The notes beneath the pieces were generated by a model. The model worked only from the letters and a program-made list of their open reading frames with translations. It was not told the origin of the DNA and made no database searches. A DNA stretch of 64,000 nt. It comes from Roseomonas sp. GTDB taxonomy: Bacteria; Pseudomonadota; Alphaproteobacteria; Acetobacterales; Acetobacteraceae. Shown here in pieces: positions 40,427 through 50,661 of the stretch; within the stretch, counting starts at the first letter, position 1; each line of letters opens with the position of its first letter. Location of the stretch: positions 9,564 to 73,563 of the forward strand of contig JAQGHX010000108.1 in assembly GCA_028288745.1 (NCBI GenBank), read 5' to 3'. The translations under genes were made by a program, and so were the position numbers.

Positions 40427-42103
40427 ATGGCTCCTCAATACGTCTATGTGATGAAAGACCTCACCAAGTCCTATCCGGGCGGGCGTGAGGTCTTCAAAGG
40501 CATTACCCTTTCCTTCATCAATACCGCCAAAATCGGCGTGCTGGGTCCGAACGGTGCCGGCAAGTCGACCCTGATGCGCATCATGGCGGGCCAGGACAAG
40601 GAATTCGGTGGCGAGGCCTGGGCGGCCGAGGGCGTGCGCGTCGGCTATCTGTCGCAGGAGCCGCACCTGGACCCCGACAAGACGGTCGGCGAGAACGTCA
40701 TGGAAGCCTTCGGCGACCTGAAGGCGCAGCTCGAGCGGTTCAACGAGATCTCCATGCTGTTCGGCGAGGAGATGAGCGACGACCGCATGAACGAACTGCT
40801 GGCCGAGCAGGCCGCCTTGCAGGAAAAAATCGACGCCGGCGACGGCTGGGACCTGGACCGCACCATCGACATCGCGCTCGATGCCCTGCGCGCGCCGACG
40901 GCCGAGAGCCCGGTGACCCAGCTCTCGGGCGGTGAGCGCCGGCGCGTGGCGCTGTGCAAGCTGCTGCTGGAAAAGCCCGACCTGCTGCTGCTCGATGAGC
41001 CGACCAACCACCTCGATGCCGAGAGCGTCGCCTGGCTGGAAAAGACGCTGCGCGACTATGAGGGCGCGGTGCTGATCGTTACCCACGATCGTTACTTCCT
41101 GGACAATGTCACCAACTGGATCCTGGAAGTCGACCGCGGCCGCGGCATTCCCTACCAGGGCAATTACTCGGACTACCTGGAGCAGAAGCGCAAGCGCCTG
41201 AAGCAGGAGGAGCGCGAGGAGAGCACCCGCCAGCGCCAACTGGCCGAGGAGCAGGAATGGATCGGCCGTTCCCCCGCCGCGCGCATGTCCAAGAGCAAGG
41301 CCCGCATCTCGGCTTATGAGGACCTCTTGGCCAAGAGCCAGGACCGCGCGCCCGACCCGACCGAGATCCAGATTCCGCCGGCCCCCCGCCTGGGCAATAC
41401 GGTCATCGAGGCGCAGGATCTGCGCAAGGGCTTCGGCAATAACCTGCTGATCGACGGGCTGTCCTTCAAGCTGCCGCCGGGTGGCATCGTCGGCGTCATC
41501 GGGCCGAATGGCGCCGGCAAGTCCACGCTGTTCAAGATGATCACTGGCATGGACCAGCCCGATGGCGGCACGCTGAAGGTCGGCGATACCGTCAGCCTGG
41601 GCTATGTCGACCAGAGCCGCGACACGCTGGATGACAAGCGCACCGTTTGGCAGGAAATCTCGGATGGCGAGGACCTGATCATGATGGGCAAGCGGGCCGT
41701 ACCCTCCCGCGCCTATGCCGCCGCCTTCAACTTCAAGGGCGGCGACCAGCAGAAGCCTGTCGGCGTCCTCTCCGGTGGCGAGCGCAACCGCGTGCATCTG
41801 GCAAAGATGCTGCGCCACCCGCACAACGTCCTGCTGCTCGATGAGCCGACCAACGATCTGGACGTCGATACCCTGCGCGCGCTGGAAGAAGCCTTGCAGG
41901 ATTTCGCCGGCTGCGCCGTGATCATCTCGCATGACCGCTGGTTCCTTGACCGCCTCGCGACCCACATCCTCTCCTTTGAGGGCGACAGCCATGTCGAGTG
42001 GTTCGAAGGCAATTACCAGGCTTACGAAGCCGACCGACGTCGCCGCCTGGGTGCGGCTGCCGATCAGCCGCACCGGATCAAGTACCGTCCCCTGACCCGG
42101 TGA
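40427..42103 (+). CDS. ettA: Energy-dependent translational throttle ABC-F protein
   Basis: AKIGVLGPNGAGKS, DEPTNHLDAESVAWLE, SKSKARI, LPPGGIVGVIGPNG, PHRIKYRPL. Confidence 0.95.
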   Translation: MAPQYVYVMKDLTKSYPGGREVFKGITLSFINTAKIGVLGPNGAGKSTLMRIMAGQDKEFGGEAWAAEGVRVGYLSQEPHLDPDKTVGENVMEAFGDLKAQLERFNEISMLFGEEMSDDRMNELLAEQAALQEKIDAGDGWDLDRTIDIALDALRAPTAESPVTQLSGGERRRVALCKLLLEKPDLLLLDEPTNHLDAESVAWLEKTLRDYEGAVLIVTHDRYFLDNVTNWILEVDRGRGIPYQGNYSDYLEQKRKRLKQEEREESTRQRQLAEEQEWIGRSPAARMSKSKARISAYEDLLAKSQDRAPDPTEIQIPPAPRLGNTVIEAQDLRKGFGNNLLIDGLSFKLPPGGIVGVIGPNGAGKSTLFKMITGMDQPDGGTLKVGDTVSLGYVDQSRDTLDDKRTVWQEISDGEDLIMMGKRAVPSRAYAAAFNFKGGDQQKPVGVLSGGERNRVHLAKMLRHPHNVLLLDEPTNDLDVDTLRALEEALQDFAGCAVIISHDRWFLDRLATHILSFEGDSHVEWFEGNYQAYEADRRRRLGAAADQPHRIKYRPLTR

Positions 42104-42690
42104 GCGGCGGCGCCTGGGGGGAGGATTGCCCCCATACGGTGCGTACGGACCGGCTTGTCCTGCGCCCCGTCTCATCCGCCCACCTGGACGACCTCATCCG
42201 CCTGAAGGGGGATGAAGCCGCCTTCGGCCTGATGCTGCACGGGTTGCGCACGCCCGCGCGGGCGGCCGAGGAGCTGCAGGACGACATGGCCTTCTGGGCC
42301 GTGCGCGGCTACGGCACCTGGGCCGTGCACCTGGCGGCGGACGAGGCCTTCCTGGGCATCGTCGGCCTGATGGAACGGCCGGACGGGCGTGGTATCGCGC
42401 TGCGCTTCGCGCTCTGGCCGCAGATGCGCGGCCGCGGCTATGCGCGGGAAGCGGCGCGTGGCGCGCTGGCCTTCGGCCATGCGGCGGGGCTGCCCCGCAT
42501 CATCGCGGTGGCGCGGGAAAGCAACCTGGCATCCCGCGCCGTGCTGGCCGATCTGGGCCTGCGCGAATGCGGGGCCTACCTGCATGAAGGCCACCCGATG
42601 CGGGTCTATGAAAGCCTGCGGCCGTTGGCGCCCTTGCAGCAACAGCGCAGCGCTTATACCAAATCCCGCAGATCAGAACCCATACGGTAA
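42100..42690 (+). CDS. GNAT N-acetyltransferase (RimJ/RimL-like)
   Basis: GTG overlapping ettA stop; TDRLVLRP, MRGRGYAREAA, NLASRAVL. Confidence 0.75.
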   Translation: MSGGAWGEDCPHTVRTDRLVLRPVSSAHLDDLIRLKGDEAAFGLMLHGLRTPARAAEELQDDMAFWAVRGYGTWAVHLAADEAFLGIVGLMERPDGRGIALRFALWPQMRGRGYAREAARGALAFGHAAGLPRIIAVARESNLASRAVLADLGLRECGAYLHEGHPMRVYESLRPLAPLQQQRSAYTKSRRSEPIR

Positions 42691-42774
42691 AGCGGCACCG
42701 CCGAAGGCCAGAGCGGGTTCGCATCGAGCCGCCCATGCCTCCGATCATTTTCAGTCAGAGGGACTTGGTATTAG
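42653..42774. mobile_element. Putative ~120-bp MITE-like element overlapping the GNAT 3' end
   Basis: Imperfect 15-bp terminal inverted repeats CTTATACCAAATCCC / GGGACTTGGTATTAG (13/15 match). Confidence 0.45.
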
Positions 42775-42877
42775 GGCGTGACCGCTTCAGGTAGAATCAC
42801 CGTAAGGCGTGAATCACGCTAAGAAACAACAGGCTGGAGCAGGTGGAGTGAGCCCCTGCGAACGGAACCTGCTCCAG
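42772..42877. repeat. Alphaproteobacterial two-hairpin intergenic repeat (RIME/CIR/BRU-RS-like)
   Basis: TAGGGCGTGA...GAATC...TCACGC hairpin, A-rich linker AAGAAACAACAGG, second hairpin GCTGGAGCAGGT/ACCTGCTCCAGC. Confidence 0.5.
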
Positions 42878-42964
42878 CTGTGCCGGCTCGTGGGCTTCAG
42901 CCCTGCGGGCCGGCCGCCAGACATGACGTGTCTCATGCCGGGTAAAAAGGCGCCCGCAGGCGGG

Positions 42965-44785
42965 TCAGACGGTACGCAACGCGGCGGCGTTGAACTCGGC
43001 TTCCGGTATCGCCGGGGCGCCATCCTCGACCCCGCGCAGCCATGGGCCAAGTTCGGCGGCCGGGCGCGGGCGGCCGAAGTAATAACCCTGGCCCAGGTCG
43101 CATCCCATGGCCGCGATGCGCCGCATGGTCGCGGCATCCTCGATTCCCTCGGCCGTGGTGCCGAGGCCGAGCGCCCGCGCCAGCCCGATGATGGCCGAGA
43201 CATACCGGCCGCTCTCCGGCGCCGAGGCCAGGGCGGCGACGAAGCTGCGGTCGATCTTCAGCCGGTCCACCGCCAGTTCCTTGACCATGCGCAGGCTGGC
43301 ATAACCGGTGCCGAAATCGTCCAGCGCCACCCGGATGCCGGCATTGCGCAACATGCCCAGCACCATCTTCGCGGTGGTCAGGTCGTGCACGATGCCCGTT
43401 TCCGTCACTTCCAGTTCCAGCCGCAGCGGGCTGAAGCCGCTTTCCGCCAGGATATCCAGCACCGTCTGGGACAGTGAGGCATCCTGCAACTGCAGCGGCG
43501 ACATGTTCACCGCGATCTTCAGCCCGTCCGGCCAGAGCGATGCATCGCGGCAGGCCTGGCGCAGCAGGTCCTTGAACAGCGGGGTGATCATGCCACCATG
43601 CTCGGCATGCGCGATGAATTCCGAGGGCGGCAGGATGCCGTGGTCCGGGTGGTTCCAGCGGGCCAGCACTTCCATGCCGACCAGGCGCCGGCTGCGCAGG
43701 TCCACCAGCGGCTGGTAATAGGGCACGATCTCGCCCGCCGCGATCGCCTGCCGCAGCCGCAGCTTGTAGACGGCCTTCTCGCGCAGTTCCTCTTCCATGT
43801 CGTTGGCGAAGAACATGTGGCGCCCGGCGCCGGCGCGCTTCGCGTGGTACATGGCCATGTCGGCGGTGCGCAGCAGGCTTTCCGAGTCATGCCCCTGCTG
43901 TGGACTGCGGGAGATGCCGATGCTGGCCCCCATTTCCGCGACCACGCCCCCGGTCACGATGGGCACCGCCACCACCTGTAGCAGCAGCTTCGCATGTTCG
44001 GCGGCAATGCTGCTGTCGGGCAGCAGGACAGCGAATTCGTCGCCGCCGAGCCGTGCGACGAAGGCACCCGGCGGTGCCTCCCCCAGCAGGCGCGACGCGA
44101 CCTCGATCAGCACGGCGTCGCCGGCGGAATGGCCGTGGATGTCGTTAATGGGCTTGAAGTTATCCAGGTCGAAGAACAGCAGGGCGCAGCGTGCCCCCTG
44201 GTCCAGCATCGCCTCCAGCGCCTTCAGGAAGGCGCGGCGGTTCGGCAACCCGGTCAGGTAGTCGGTGGAGGCCAGTTGCTCGATTCGCGCATCGCTCTGT
44301 TTCTGCTCGTGCACGTCCCGCACGACGGCGACGATCGCGCGCGGTGCCCCGGCCGCGTCGCGCACCAGGCGCAGGCTGGATTCCAACCAGACCACCTGGC
44401 CATCGGCGCGGATGACGCGGTTCAGCCCGCGCTGGTCGCCATGGCCTTCCGACACCAGCCGGATTCTCTCCCGTACCGCGCCGAGATCCTCGGGATAGAC
44501 GAAGGAGAAGGTGGAGATCCCCACGAGCTGGTGCGCCTCATAGCCCAGCAAGGCGCGGCAGGCCGGCGAGACATAGGTGCGGGTGCCGTCCAGATCGAGC
44601 CGCATGATCATGTCGGTCGCGTTCTCGGCCAGCAGCCGGTACAGGCTCTCGCTGTCGGGCGCGGCCATGGCGGGCCGTTCTCCCCACCGGCCGATCAAGG
44701 ATCGCAGCCGAGCCAGCATCGCGTTCACGCCTCCTGCCCTTCCGCCCCGTGGCCCCGTGGGGGCGGCGTGGGCAGAGATCGTCAT
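42965..44785 (-). CDS. PAS-GGDEF-EAL diguanylate cyclase/phosphodiesterase
   Basis: PAS (YVSPAC..LLGY..YPED), DYLTGLPNRR, ARLGGDEF, EVLARW, DDFGTGYASL, TAEGIE, QGYYF. Confidence 0.9.
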   Translation of the reverse strand: MTISAHAAPTGPRGGRAGGVNAMLARLRSLIGRWGERPAMAAPDSESLYRLLAENATDMIMRLDLDGTRTYVSPACRALLGYEAHQLVGISTFSFVYPEDLGAVRERIRLVSEGHGDQRGLNRVIRADGQVVWLESSLRLVRDAAGAPRAIVAVVRDVHEQKQSDARIEQLASTDYLTGLPNRRAFLKALEAMLDQGARCALLFFDLDNFKPINDIHGHSAGDAVLIEVASRLLGEAPPGAFVARLGGDEFAVLLPDSSIAAEHAKLLLQVVAVPIVTGGVVAEMGASIGISRSPQQGHDSESLLRTADMAMYHAKRAGAGRHMFFANDMEEELREKAVYKLRLRQAIAAGEIVPYYQPLVDLRSRRLVGMEVLARWNHPDHGILPPSEFIAHAEHGGMITPLFKDLLRQACRDASLWPDGLKIAVNMSPLQLQDASLSQTVLDILAESGFSPLRLELEVTETGIVHDLTTAKMVLGMLRNAGIRVALDDFGTGYASLRMVKELAVDRLKIDRSFVAALASAPESGRYVSAIIGLARALGLGTTAEGIEDAATMRRIAAMGCDLGQGYYFGRPRPAAELGPWLRGVEDGAPAIPEAEFNAAALRTV

Positions 44786-45615
44786 TGCGCCTCCGGCCCG
44801 TGGGGCGGCCTCAGCCGCCCCACGGGCCGGAGGCCCCGCATACCCAGGATAGCACAGCCGATCACCACGAAAGACAATGCCGTCGAGGCGGTGCCCAATG
44901 CGTAGAGAACCGGGGTGGTGACGGTAGTGGTCATTCCCAGGATCTCAAGGGGAAGGGTGTTGCCGTTGCCGGCCGTCATCAGCGTGCGGGCGAATTCATC
45001 GAAGGAGAGGGTGAAGCCGAACAAGGCGATGCCCACGACGCTGGGGGCGATGATGGGCAGGACGACATGAACGAATTCTTGCCAGGGCGTGGCGCCCATG
45101 TCGCGCGCCGCTTCCTCCCAGGCGCGGTCGAAGCGGTTGAACACCGCGAACATGATCAGCAGGCCGAAAGGCAGGATCCAGGTGAGCTGTGCCCCATAGG
45201 CCGAGGAATACCAGGCCGGCTCCCATTCCATGAGGTTGAACAGCAGCCCGATGCCGAGCGACACCAGGATGGACGGCACGATCAGGCTGGCGAGCGTCAG
45301 GTAGAACAGCACCGTCGCGCCGGGAAAGCGCCGGCGGAAGGCCATGCCGGCGGCGAGCGAGACGACGACCGTGGTGGCCGTCACCATCGCCGCCAGGGCG
45401 AGCGAGCGCTTGAGCGCGGCGCCGATATCGCCCACCGCCTGGGTCGCGAAGAGCTGGCCGAACCAGTGGAGCGAGACGCCGTTCATCGGAAAGGTCAGCC
45501 CGCCATCCGGCCCCTGGAAGGAGAGCACGGCGATGGTCAGTGTCGGCCCATAGAGGAACAGCAGGAACAAGGCGAAAAGGCCGGTCAGCAGGAAGCGTGC
45601 GAGGCGCCCGGGCAT
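44782..45615 (-). CDS. Polyamine-type ABC permease (PotC-like)
   Basis: WEEAARDMGA, GFTLSFDEFART, TLPLEI. Confidence 0.85.
   Translation of the reverse strand: MPGRLARFLLTGLFALFLLFLYGPTLTIAVLSFQGPDGGLTFPMNGVSLHWFGQLFATQAVGDIGAALKRSLALAAMVTATTVVVSLAAGMAFRRRFPGATVLFYLTLASLIVPSILVSLGIGLLFNLMEWEPAWYSSAYGAQLTWILPFGLLIMFAVFNRFDRAWEEAARDMGATPWQEFVHVVLPIIAPSVVGIALFGFTLSFDEFARTLMTAGNGNTLPLEILGMTTTVTTPVLYALGTASTALSFVVIGCAILGMRGLRPVGRLRPPHGPEAQ
44789..44834 (-). promoter_or_regulatory. Perfect 21-bp hairpin covering the SD of the GGDEF-EAL gene
   Basis: GCCTCCGGCCCGTGGGGCGGC-N4-GCCGCCCCACGGGCCGGAGGC; GGAGG lies 4 nt before ATG 44785. Confidence 0.55.
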
Positions 45616-45618
45616 GGC

Positions 45619-46470
45619 CTACAGCTCCCGCCGGATGTCGATGGCGCGCAGAATGGCGGCCATCAGCAGCAGCACCATGGCCAGCAGGCCGACCGCGTTG
45701 GCCGCCGCCGCCGGATACTGCATCAGCCCGATCTGGTTGCTGATCATGAGCCCGACCGAGGCACTCTGCCCGCCGCTCATCAGCCGCACGGTCGCGAAGT
45801 CGCCCATCACCAGCACGACGACAAAAATGCTGCCGATGCCGATGCCCGGCTTGGTGAGCGGCAGGATGACGCACCACAGCGTCTGCCAGAAGCCGGCCCC
45901 GGCATCGCGCGCGGCCTCCAGCAGCCGGCGGTCGATGCGCAGCATGGTGTTGAAGACCGGCACCACCATGAACAGCGTGTAGAGATGCACGAAGGCCAGC
46001 ACGACCGCGAAATCCGAGAACAACAGGAATTCCAGCGGCTTGTTGATGGCGCCCATGCCGATCAGCGCCGAGTTCATCAGCCCGTTGCGGCCGAGAAAGG
46101 GCACCCAGGCGATCATGCGGATCAGGTTGGAGGTCCAGAACGGCACGGTGCAGAGCACGAACAGCACCATCCGCGGCATGTCCCCCCGCACCACGAAGGC
46201 CAGGTAGTAGGCCACCCAGAAGCCGATGCCGAAGGTGATGACCCAGGTCAGCCCGGCGAACCACAGTGTTTTGCCGAAGGTGCGCCAGGTGACGGCGGAG
46301 GAGAAGCTCTCACGGTAGTTGGTGAGGACGAAGTCCGGGATCAGGCTGTAGCTGTCGTAGTCGAAGAAGCTGACGATGACGAGCATCGCCATCGGCACCA
46401 GCAGGAAGACGGCCAGCACCAGCGCCAGCGGCGCCGCCTGCAGCCAGGAGAAAAGGGCAGAGCGGCGCAT
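45619..46470 (-). CDS. Polyamine-type ABC permease (PotB-like)
   Basis: PFWTSNLIRMIAW, LLEAARDAGA, QYPAAAANA. Confidence 0.85.
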   Translation of the reverse strand: MRRSALFSWLQAAPLALVLAVFLLVPMAMLVIVSFFDYDSYSLIPDFVLTNYRESFSSAVTWRTFGKTLWFAGLTWVITFGIGFWVAYYLAFVVRGDMPRMVLFVLCTVPFWTSNLIRMIAWVPFLGRNGLMNSALIGMGAINKPLEFLLFSDFAVVLAFVHLYTLFMVVPVFNTMLRIDRRLLEAARDAGAGFWQTLWCVILPLTKPGIGIGSIFVVVLVMGDFATVRLMSGGQSASVGLMISNQIGLMQYPAAAANAVGLLAMVLLLMAAILRAIDIRREL

Positions 46471-46483
46471 CCGGCGCGGTCCC

Positions 46484-47752
46484 TCAGGCGGCGATGAACT
46501 CGTTCCACTTCTGGACCATGTAGCGGTCCTCGGTCATCACCGAGTTCCAGCACACGACCTTGCCCATGCGGTCGTTGAAGGAGCCGCCGTCACGCACCGC
46601 GCCGACCTTCTCCATCACCTTGCCGTCGGGCGCCAGGATGTCGGCGGTGGCGGCCTTGCCTTCCATCCAGTAGCCCCACTCGTTCTCGCTCATATGTTGC
46701 CTGGCCGTGTCCAGCACCGCCGAGTAATAGCCCTGGCGGTTCAGGAAGGCGCCGGCCCAGCCAGAGATGTACCAGTTCAGGTACTCATAGGCGGCATCGA
46801 GCTGCAGCCCGGTCAGGTGCTTGGCGAGCCCAAGGCCCGAGCCCCAGGCGCGATAGCCCTCCTCCAGCGGCTGGTAGGTGCAGGCGATGCCGCGCGAGCG
46901 CACGGCTGCGACGGCCGGCGACCACATGGACTGGATCACCACCTCGCCCGAGGCCATCAGGTTCACGCTCTCGTCAAAGGTCTTCCAGAAGGCGCGGAAC
47001 TGGCCGGATCGCTTGGCATCGATCAGGAAGGCGATCGTCTTGTCGATCTCCTCCTTCGTCATGTTGCCCTTGTCGCCGTATTTCAGGTTGCCCATGCTCT
47101 CCATCACCATGGCCGCGTCCATGATGCCGATGCCAGGAATGTTCAGGATAGCGGCCTTGCCCTTGAAGGCCGGGTCCATCAGGTCGCGCCAGTTGCGGAT
47201 CGGGCGGCCCGTCAGGTCGGGGCGGATGCCCAGCGTGTCCGCGTTGTAGATGGTGGGCATCAGCGTCATCCACCCGGTGGGCGCGGATGCGAACTTGGTG
47301 GAGGTCTTGCCATCCACGTAGCCCACCGTATGCGGCGCGGTGCCCTGGCCCGGCGTGCCGGTGGGCAGCAGCTTGCCGGTGCTGAAGATGGGCACGATCT
47401 TGTCGGCCAGCTTGATCCGCCTGGTCTCGATCGGCTGCATCACGCCGGTCGGGTAGACCTTCTTGATGCTGAAATACTCGATATCCGCCACATCGAAGCT
47501 GCGCGCCTGGGTGGCGGCGCGCTGCGCCACGGCCTCGGTGTCGCTGACGGTCAGTTGCAGGGTGAAGCCCAGGTCCTTCTTCACCTGCTCCGCGATGGCA
47601 TTCAGGCCGGAGACGCCGGTGCCGACCTGGCGCAGCGTCACACCCTTGATGTTCTGCGCCCAGAGGGTGGGGAAGCCGGTGATGGCCCCGCTGCCGATGG
47701 CCGCCCCCGCGAGCGACAGGGCGCCACGGCGGGTGAGGGTGGTCTTGCTCAT
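46484..47752 (-). CDS. PotD/PotF-family extracellular solute-binding protein with Tat signal
   Basis: LTRRGAL, YNADTLG, WRDLMDPAFKGK, FDESVNLMASGEV, EGYRAW. Confidence 0.8.
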   Translation of the reverse strand: MSKTTLTRRGALSLAGAAIGSGAITGFPTLWAQNIKGVTLRQVGTGVSGLNAIAEQVKKDLGFTLQLTVSDTEAVAQRAATQARSFDVADIEYFSIKKVYPTGVMQPIETRRIKLADKIVPIFSTGKLLPTGTPGQGTAPHTVGYVDGKTSTKFASAPTGWMTLMPTIYNADTLGIRPDLTGRPIRNWRDLMDPAFKGKAAILNIPGIGIMDAAMVMESMGNLKYGDKGNMTKEEIDKTIAFLIDAKRSGQFRAFWKTFDESVNLMASGEVVIQSMWSPAVAAVRSRGIACTYQPLEEGYRAWGSGLGLAKHLTGLQLDAAYEYLNWYISGWAGAFLNRQGYYSAVLDTARQHMSENEWGYWMEGKAATADILAPDGKVMEKVGAVRDGGSFNDRMGKVVCWNSVMTEDRYMVQKWNEFIAA

Positions 47753-47779
47753 GAAGCCTCGATCCTTCTTGTTCGTTGG

Positions 47780-48769
<990 letters not shown>

Positions 48770-48811
48770 TCGTTCGCCCCACCGCTTGTCGTCCCGATAC
48801 GGCGGCCACCA

Positions 48812-48827
48812 TGCAAGCGCCGCACCA
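48812..48827 (-). promoter_or_regulatory. Putative sigma54 (-24/-12) promoter
   Basis: Minus strand TGGTGCGGCGCTTGCA = GG-N10-GC with TTGCA, about 40 nt upstream of the ATPase start. Confidence 0.55.
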
Positions 48828-49011
48828 CCGCGGATCATGCCGTGGAACAAGGGGGCACGGAGTCATGCTGCCTGCGGCATGGGCAGGGCCGGGCCCCCGC
48901 CTGCCTTTCCGCGCGCCAGGGCCAGGCGGTCCCGCAACATACCATCCTCAATTTTGGGGATGCGCTCATGCGGGTTATCGTATCTCTGTTGCGGTGGGTC
49001 AGGAATTGTTC

Positions 49012-49965
49012 ATGATGCACGACGCCACAACGCCATATTTCGGTCCGGTTTTCTGGGACGCCACGCAGTTACATGCCAAGCTGGACCGGCTGGTGGATCT
49101 GGCGTGGCAGCCCGGCTGGGCCCCGCTGGCCCTGGGCGAACTGATCCATCTTTGTGCCTGGCTGCGGCACGGGCAGGGCGCCGGAAGCTGGGCGGAGGTC
49201 CAGGCGGCCCTGGCCTCTCACCCGCTGCATCGCCTGATGCTGGAAGATCCGCTCATCTATCATGCCGCCGCGTCGCCGCCCGTCTGGCTCGACCTGCTGC
49301 TTGGCCATGCCGATGCGGCGCCATTGACAAACGATATCTCCAGGGCCGGCCGCGACCTCTTCGCCGCCACGCGGGACCTTGCCTGGCCCGCGGCCTTGCG
49401 GGGCCGGACCGCGTTCCTGGCGCGGATGGTGGATGCCGTGGCGGCGGAAGCACCGGGCGCCAGCATCCTGACCCTAGGCGCCGGCCACCTGAGAGAAGCG
49501 GCCGGGGTCACCGCCGCGTCCAGCCTGCAGCGGTGGAGCGTCATTGAACCGGAGTACACCGCCCGCCAGACCCTGCTGCGCGGGTTGCCAAAGGGGCTGG
49601 CGGTGCAATTCCTGCGTTGTTCCCTGCGGGGCTTCGCGCGCCAGCCGCTGGGGCGCGGCGTCTTCGACCTCGTTTGCCTGCCGGCGCTGTCGGAAGGATG
49701 GGACGATGCCACCCTGAATACGCTGGTCGGGGCCGCGTTTCAGGTGCTCAAGCCGGGCGGGCGGCTGCTGATCTGCGCGCCAGGCAAGGCGCCGCCGGAA
49801 GCCGCCTGGATGGAGGCGGTCCTGCGCTGCACGCCGCGCTGGACCGGCACGGGGGAGATGGAGGCGTTGCTGGAGCCGGTCAGGGCATCCCATTGCGCGC
49901 TGCGCCAGGTCTTTCCCAGCGTGGACGGGCACATGATCTACGCGATCCTGCGGCGCCGGGGGTAG
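49012..49965 (+). CDS. Class I SAM-dependent methyltransferase-like protein (divergent)
   Basis: ILTLGAGHLRE, FDLV, LKPGGRLLI. Confidence 0.6.
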   Translation: MMHDATTPYFGPVFWDATQLHAKLDRLVDLAWQPGWAPLALGELIHLCAWLRHGQGAGSWAEVQAALASHPLHRLMLEDPLIYHAAASPPVWLDLLLGHADAAPLTNDISRAGRDLFAATRDLAWPAALRGRTAFLARMVDAVAAEAPGASILTLGAGHLREAAGVTAASSLQRWSVIEPEYTARQTLLRGLPKGLAVQFLRCSLRGFARQPLGRGVFDLVCLPALSEGWDDATLNTLVGAAFQVLKPGGRLLICAPGKAPPEAAWMEAVLRCTPRWTGTGEMEALLEPVRASHCALRQVFPSVDGHMIYAILRRRG

Positions 49966-49986
49966 GGACCCCCGGCAGGCGCGGAT

Positions 49987-50661
49987 TCAGCGCACTTCGC
50001 GCGACGCCAGGGTGGCGATCTGCCGCCGCATGGCGTCCAGCAGGGCGGCGACGCGGCCACCGTTGCGGCTGATCACGGCGGAATACTCACTGCGCTGGGT
50101 CAGGCGCAGCGAGGTGCCCTCGGCGATGACATCCACCACGCGCGGCTGGCCCGCGACCTCGCCCACCCGCCAGTCGAGGCTGAAGGCGGCCGTGTTGGGG
50201 CGCTCGATGATTGTGTTGACCAGCGCATCGTCCTCGGTGCGCTGCTGGCTGCGGCCCAGGGTGAAGCGCACGCCCTGGTACTCGCCGAAGCGGGCCGAGA
50301 GATTACGGATCAGCGTTTCTTCGAACAGCGTCATGTATTCCTGCTGCTCGGCCGGGGTCGCGACCCGCCACCAGCGGCCCAGGATGAAGCGGCCCACGCC
50401 GTCCACATCCACGGCGCGGCGCAGGATGCTGGCCACCTGCTGCCGGCGCGCGGCGATGGGCTGGGAGGAATTGATGGCCGTCACCAGATCCCGGCCGGTG
50501 GCCTGGACGAACTGCGTGGCGCGGCCAAGATCGATCTCGGCATGGGCGGGCGAAATGGCCAGGTGGCCGAGGGTGGTCAAGGCTAAGGGTGCGGCCAGCA
50601 TGCTGGTCAGCAGAGCGCGGCGGTTCATCCGGTAGGTCTCGTTCCGTTCAGCTATGTTCAA
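49987..50661 (-). CDS. mlaC: Phospholipid-binding protein MlaC/Ttg2D
   Basis: GRFILGRWWR.ATPAEQQEY..LF, VVDVIAEGTSL..TQRSEY; adjacent to vacJ. Confidence 0.85.
   Translation of the reverse strand: MNIAERNETYRMNRRALLTSMLAAPLALTTLGHLAISPAHAEIDLGRATQFVQATGRDLVTAINSSQPIAARRQQVASILRRAVDVDGVGRFILGRWWRVATPAEQQEYMTLFEETLIRNLSARFGEYQGVRFTLGRSQQRTEDDALVNTIIERPNTAAFSLDWRVGEVAGQPRVVDVIAEGTSLRLTQRSEYSAVISRNGGRVAALLDAMRRQIATLASREVR

Noticed and set aside
42830-42960. c-di-GMP riboswitch or sRNA beside the GGDEF-EAL gene
   Set aside because: It lies at the 3' ends of convergent genes, lacks riboswitch consensus, and is better explained by intergenic repeat elements.
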